From: a virus
Reading direction: 5' to 3' (one strand)
DNA length: 11,234 nt
UHGV virus genome: UHGV-0140033
The notes under the pieces are model-generated. The model searched no databases. It saw nothing but the letters and a program-made list of their open reading frames with translations, and was not told the DNA's origin. The position numbers and the translations under genes were made by a program. Positions 8,466-11,234 of this stretch are shown piece after piece. Positions within the stretch are counted from its first letter, which is position 1; every line of letters begins with the position of its first letter.

Positions 8466-8510
8466 TTCCCGCATTTCGGCGGGAATGATGACCATGACTG
8501 TTAAAGAGCG
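8466..8510 (-). promoter_or_regulatory. nutR-like antitermination site: boxA (CGCTCTTTA, 8510-8502) and boxB hairpin (8485-8466)
   Basis: Minus strand reads CGCTCTTTAACAG immediately after the cro stop, then 13 nt, then a 7-bp stem TTCCCGC/GCGGGAA with purine-rich loop CGAAAT; same arrangement as lambda nutR. Confidence 0.55.
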
Positions 8511-8516
8511 GTGTTA

Positions 8517-8711
8517 CTATTTGTTTTTCTTGTTGCTTGGGAAAGGACGAACTTCCTCTCCAATCACACTGCCATCAGGCTTTACCGTAACCATGATGTT
8601 ACGGCCTGCCAGAATGGCCTTGCTGATAGCGCACTGGATTACACCAAAGTCACTGGCTGCTTTAGCCTGTCCATGGATTTTGGCGTAATCGGCAAGTGTC
8701 ATTCGAATCAT
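8517..8711 (-). CDS. cro: Cro-like repressor, 64 aa
   Basis: [15 protein letters not shown]...AGR.I...DGSV..EEV.PFPSNKK aligns with lambda Cro (about half identical by eye); ATG at 8711 with GGAG SD. The track start at 8717 is GTG. Confidence 0.85.
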   Translation of the reverse strand: MIRMTLADYAKIHGQAKAASDFGVIQCAISKAILAGRNIMVTVKPDGSVIGEEVRPFPSNKKNK

Positions 8712-8741
8712 ATGCACTCTCCGTTATTAACCATGAACAAA

Positions 8742-8806
8742 GAATACTACAGGTATTCAAAGCAATCAATACTCAGGGTATTTTTAGTTTAAGTACCTTA
8801 GCTATT
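8742..8806. promoter_or_regulatory. OR operator region: three operator sites (AATAC-N5-GTATT at 8743-8757 and 8768-8782; degenerate AGTAC-N5-CTATT at 8792-8806), containing the divergent pR/pRM promoters
   Basis: Palindromes read directly; centre-to-centre spacing 24-25 bp as in lambda OR1-3. Possible pR -10 TAGTAT (minus, 8749-8744) and pRM -10 TAGAAT (8806-8811). Confidence 0.7.
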
Positions 8807-8817
8807 AGAATTAAGCT

Positions 8818-9502
8818 ATGGAAAATAAAAAATCACTGACGACAGAACAGCTCGAAGACGCTAAGCGGCTTAAGGCTTTGTATGAGTCAAAAAAGAAAGA
8901 ATTGGGAATAACCCAATACTCAATCGCTGATGAACTGGGTATCACCCAAGGAGCGGTAGGGCATTATCTTAATGGCAGAAACGCGTTTGTTGCAAGTCTC
9001 AATTGCTGATTTTTGCCAGTCAATTGCTGCCAAGGTTGCAGAACAGGCAGAAAGCCTTAAGAGCGATGCCAACGTAAGGTATGCAGGGGAATACAGAGCA
9101 GGAAAGAGGTATCCGGTGTTAAGCAGTATCCAGGCTGGCTCGTGGTGTGAAGCATGCGAACCATACACCATTAAAGACATAGATGTTTGGCTTGAGTCTG
9201 ACGCGCATATTCAAGGTAATGCGTTCTGGCTTAAAGTGGAAGGTGATTCAATGACGGCACCGGTTGGGTTAAGCATTCCAGAGGGAACATTCGTTCTTTT
9301 CGATACCGGAAGGGAGGCGATCAACGGCAGCTTGGTCATAGCAAAACTTTCTGACTCTAACGAAGCAACATTCAAGAAGCTGATAATCGACGGCGGAAAT
9401 AAATACCTCAAGGGACTTAATCCTGCATGGCCTCTCGTGCCAATCAATGGAAACTGCAAGATTATAGGCGTTGCAATTGAGACAAAACTAAGGCTGGTTT
9501 GA
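8818..9502 (+). pseudogene. cI: cI-type repressor disrupted by a +1 frameshift: N-terminal HTH domain 8818-9009, C-terminal S24 LexA-like peptidase domain continues in another frame to 9502
   Basis: N-terminal [33 protein letters not shown] resembles the lambda cI N-terminus; C-terminal frame has AG..WLKVEGDSMTAP...ATFKKL S24 motifs. Frame changes between 8960 and 9009, most simply at the TTT run 8986-8988. Confidence 0.75.
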
Positions 9503-9519
9503 TCACGCAAGGGGCGATT

Positions 9520-9888
9520 ATGGTTGGAACCGCTATAGCAAGCTTTTTTGGGATGTTGGCAATCTCGACAATTTACGGCTTAGCGCATGCTTTTATTGCG
9601 AAATCTCTATCAGAAAAAATAAGCCAGGCTTGGGCGCATAGATCAGCTCGTTTCATGATTCTGGTGATCATAGCAATACAAGGGATATCTGCATTTATCC
9701 TCTATGGATCAAGCTTATACCTATTGTATCAAGGCGCGACATTTACGCCTTACACCAGTGATTACGGAACTCTATACGATGGTAGTGAAGACATCACTGT
9801 GGCTTGGATCGTCTTTGGTTTATCTATGGCCGTGTCTGTTGTAGCAGACATCATTAAGGTAATTCTCGTCTTAACCTTCGCTGACTAA
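9520..9888 (+). CDS. Uncharacterised integral membrane protein (122 aa, ~3 TM helices) cotranscribed downstream of cI in the rex slot
   Basis: ATG at 9520, 17 nt after the cI stop, with G-rich SD (track start 9499 is TTG); three long hydrophobic segments; no similarity to lambda RexB recognised. Confidence 0.65.
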   Translation: MVGTAIASFFGMLAISTIYGLAHAFIAKSLSEKISQAWAHRSARFMILVIIAIQGISAFILYGSSLYLLYQGATFTPYTSDYGTLYDGSEDITVAWIVFGLSMAVSVVADIIKVILVLTFAD

Positions 9889-9942
9889 CCTATAATCCCG
9901 GCAGCAATAGCTATCGGGATCCACTTCACATATCCCGCATAA

Positions 9943-10143
9943 AAAGCACTGAACAAGCAGACACCGAAACAAATAGAAGTCATGCGCTGTCTGGCGCAAG
10001 GCATGCCGAACAAAATGATCGCCTACAAAATGGGCATCAGCACATCAACCGTCAAAGTCCATCTGAACCGTATTTACATGCGTTTGAACATCACCAACCG
10101 ATTGCAGGCGTTGTTGTGGCTGAACGAACACAACATGTTCTGA
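9943..10143 (+). pseudogene. 3' fragment of a LuxR/NarL(FixJ)-family response regulator gene: C-terminal HTH domain only
   Basis: LNKQTPKQIEVMRCLAQGMPNKMIAYKMGISTSTVKVHLNRIYMRLNITNRLQALLW has the LuxR-type HTH signature and resembles the NarL C-terminus. In-frame TAA at 9940-9942 sits where the receiver domain should be. Confidence 0.55.
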
Positions 10144-10346
10144 CGCGTTTCGAAAAACCGTTCGACGTCGAATGGCTGTTCGATTCAGCCGTCGCGGACG
10201 AAGCGGAACAATACGTTTTCCACCCGAAACAAACATTGCGCAGAAATCCGGACGGATCGCTGACCGTCAAATTCCGCGCGGGCGGACGGCTGGAAATGGA
10301 TTGGCATCTGTACACTTGGGGAAAGCACGTCAAAGTCGTCAAAGCG
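10143..10346 (+). other. Possible gene fragment resembling the C-terminal (WCX-like) region of a WYL-domain transcriptional regulator; no start and no stop of its own
   Basis: Frame translation ...FHPKQTLRRNPDGSLTVKFRAGGRLEMDWHLYTWGKHVKVV resembles WYL-regulator C-termini (HP.Q...DGS...EL.W.L.WG..V.V). It runs directly into the antisense of rho. Confidence 0.25.
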
Positions 10347-11234
10347 TTACGAATTCATCGCTTCGAAAAAGTCGTGATTGTTTTTCGACTGTTTCAGCTT
10401 TTCCATCAGGAACTCCATCGCGTCGGCGGGTCCCATCGGCATCAGCACGCGGCGCAACACCCACATTTTAGGCAAAGTATTTTTATCCACCAACAATTCC
10501 TCATTACGCGTACCCGATTTTGTAATGTCGATAGCGGGGAAAATACGTTTATCAGAAACTTTGCGATCCAAAATAATTTCGCTGTTGCCTGTGCCTTTGA
10601 ACTCTTCGAAAATCACTTCGTCCATTCGAGAGCCCGTTTCAACCAAAGCCGTTGCGATAATTGTCAGCGAACCGCCCTCCTCTACATTACGAGCAGCACC
10701 AAAAAAGCGTTTAGGCTTTTGCAGAGCGTTGGCATCCACACCACCTGTTAACACTTTACCCGATGAAGGAATAACGGTGTTATAAGCACGAGCTAAACGC
10801 GTAATACTGTCCAGCAAAATCACAACGTCTTGCTTGTGTTCGACAAGGCGCTTAGCCTTTTCAATCACCATTTCAGCGACTTGAATATGGCGGCTTGCGG
10901 GCTCGTCAAACGTTGAAGAGATAACCTCACCTTGAATCGAGCGTTTCATATCCGTCACTTCCTCGGGGCGCTCATCAATCAACAAAACAATCAAGTGAAT
11001 CTCTGGGTGATTAGCTGTAATCGCGTGAGCGATGTTTTTCATCATGACGGTTTTACCTGTTCGTGGAGGCGCAACAATCATTCCGCGTTGACCTTTACCT
11101 TGCGGGCAAATCAAATCGATAATGCGGTCGGTTAAATCTTTGCCTTTTTCACCGCTTGGCAGCTCGTAATCCATCTTCAGCTTTTCATCTGGATACGTTG
11201 GCGTTAAGTTATCAAAGTTGACCCGATAGCGCAA
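10347..11234 (-). CDS. rho: Transcription termination factor Rho, C-terminal ~295 codons (5' end beyond the window)
   Basis: Walker [34 protein letters not shown], RecA-like ATPase domain ending ...[13 protein letters not shown] at 10347-10349. Clearly divergent from E. coli Rho as I recall it (roughly three-quarters identical by eye). Confidence 0.9.
   Translation of the reverse strand: MRYRVNFDNLTPTYPDEKLKMDYELPSGEKGKDLTDRIIDLICPQGKGQRGMIVAPPRTGKTVMMKNIAHAITANHPEIHLIVLLIDERPEEVTDMKRSIQGEVISSTFDEPASRHIQVAEMVIEKAKRLVEHKQDVVILLDSITRLARAYNTVIPSSGKVLTGGVDANALQKPKRFFGAARNVEEGGSLTIIATALVETGSRMDEVIFEEFKGTGNSEIILDRKVSDKRIFPAIDITKSGTRNEELLVDKNTLPKMWVLRRVLMPMGPADAMEFLMEKLKQSKNNHDFFEAMNS

Noticed and set aside
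8920-9510. Minus-strand ORFs 8920..9180 and 9211..9510
   Set aside because: Antisense to cI, whose S24 domain motifs identify the true coding strand.
9895-9920. Hairpin (atcccg ... cgggat) after the membrane-protein gene as an intrinsic terminator
   Set aside because: 6-bp stem with a 14-nt loop and no following T-tract; not a convincing rho-independent terminator. Kept only as a junction landmark.
9917-10356. GGATCC (9917-9922) and GAATTC (10351-10356) sites as evidence of a cloning-vector join
   Set aside because: Single 6-bp sites occur by chance at this density; no vector backbone sequence is recognisable. Mentioned as a caveat only.
10347-10785. Downstream parts of plus-strand ORFs 10116..10751 and 10378..10785
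   Set aside because: Antisense to the highly conserved rho ATPase domain; only the stretch before 10347 looks protein-like and is reported separately as a possible fragment.
1-11234. CRISPR arrays, tRNA or rRNA genes
   Set aside because: No regularly spaced short repeats with unique spacers and no cloverleaf-compatible or rRNA-like segments were seen; the repeats present are the IS ends, ori iterons and operators.

Overview
The window is a mosaic of four blocks. (1) 1-1359: the left part of an IS21-family insertion sequence, with a repeat-rich terminal region and the 5' ~365 codons of istA. (2) 1360-2669: a complete 1310-bp IS3-family element that I recognise as IS629/IS1203-like (orfA/orfB with an A6 slippery overlap, imperfect terminal inverted repeats). 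It truncates istA on one side and a phage phosphatase gene on the other. (3) 2670-9888: a remnant of a lambdoid prophage, early region only, mostly on the minus strand. In transcription order it carries OR operators, cro, a nutR-like boxA/boxB, cII, a small basic ORF, an O-like initiator with embedded ori iterons and AT-rich region, a P22-type DnaB-like helicase, a tR2-like intrinsic terminator, a small hydrophobic ORF, ninB, a phage Dam-type N6-adenine methyltransferase, ninE, ninF, an extra 89-aa ORF, ninG, ninH and a truncated lambda-type Ser/Thr phosphatase. On the plus strand are a cI repressor split by a frameshift and a cotranscribed 122-aa membrane protein in the rex position. No int/xis, N, Q, lysis or structural genes are present. 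(4) 9889-11234: DNA of apparently different origin, with a 3' fragment of a LuxR/NarL-type HTH gene, a fragment resembling the C-terminus of a WYL-family regulator, and a partial rho gene whose product is clearly not Enterobacterial-type Rho. No rRNA, tRNA or CRISPR array was seen. All homology statements rest on my own reading of motifs and recalled family sequences; no database search was run. The best candidates for something new are the uncharacterised membrane protein downstream of cI, the split cI, the unrecognised nin-region ORF, and the abrupt junction at ~9889-9942.
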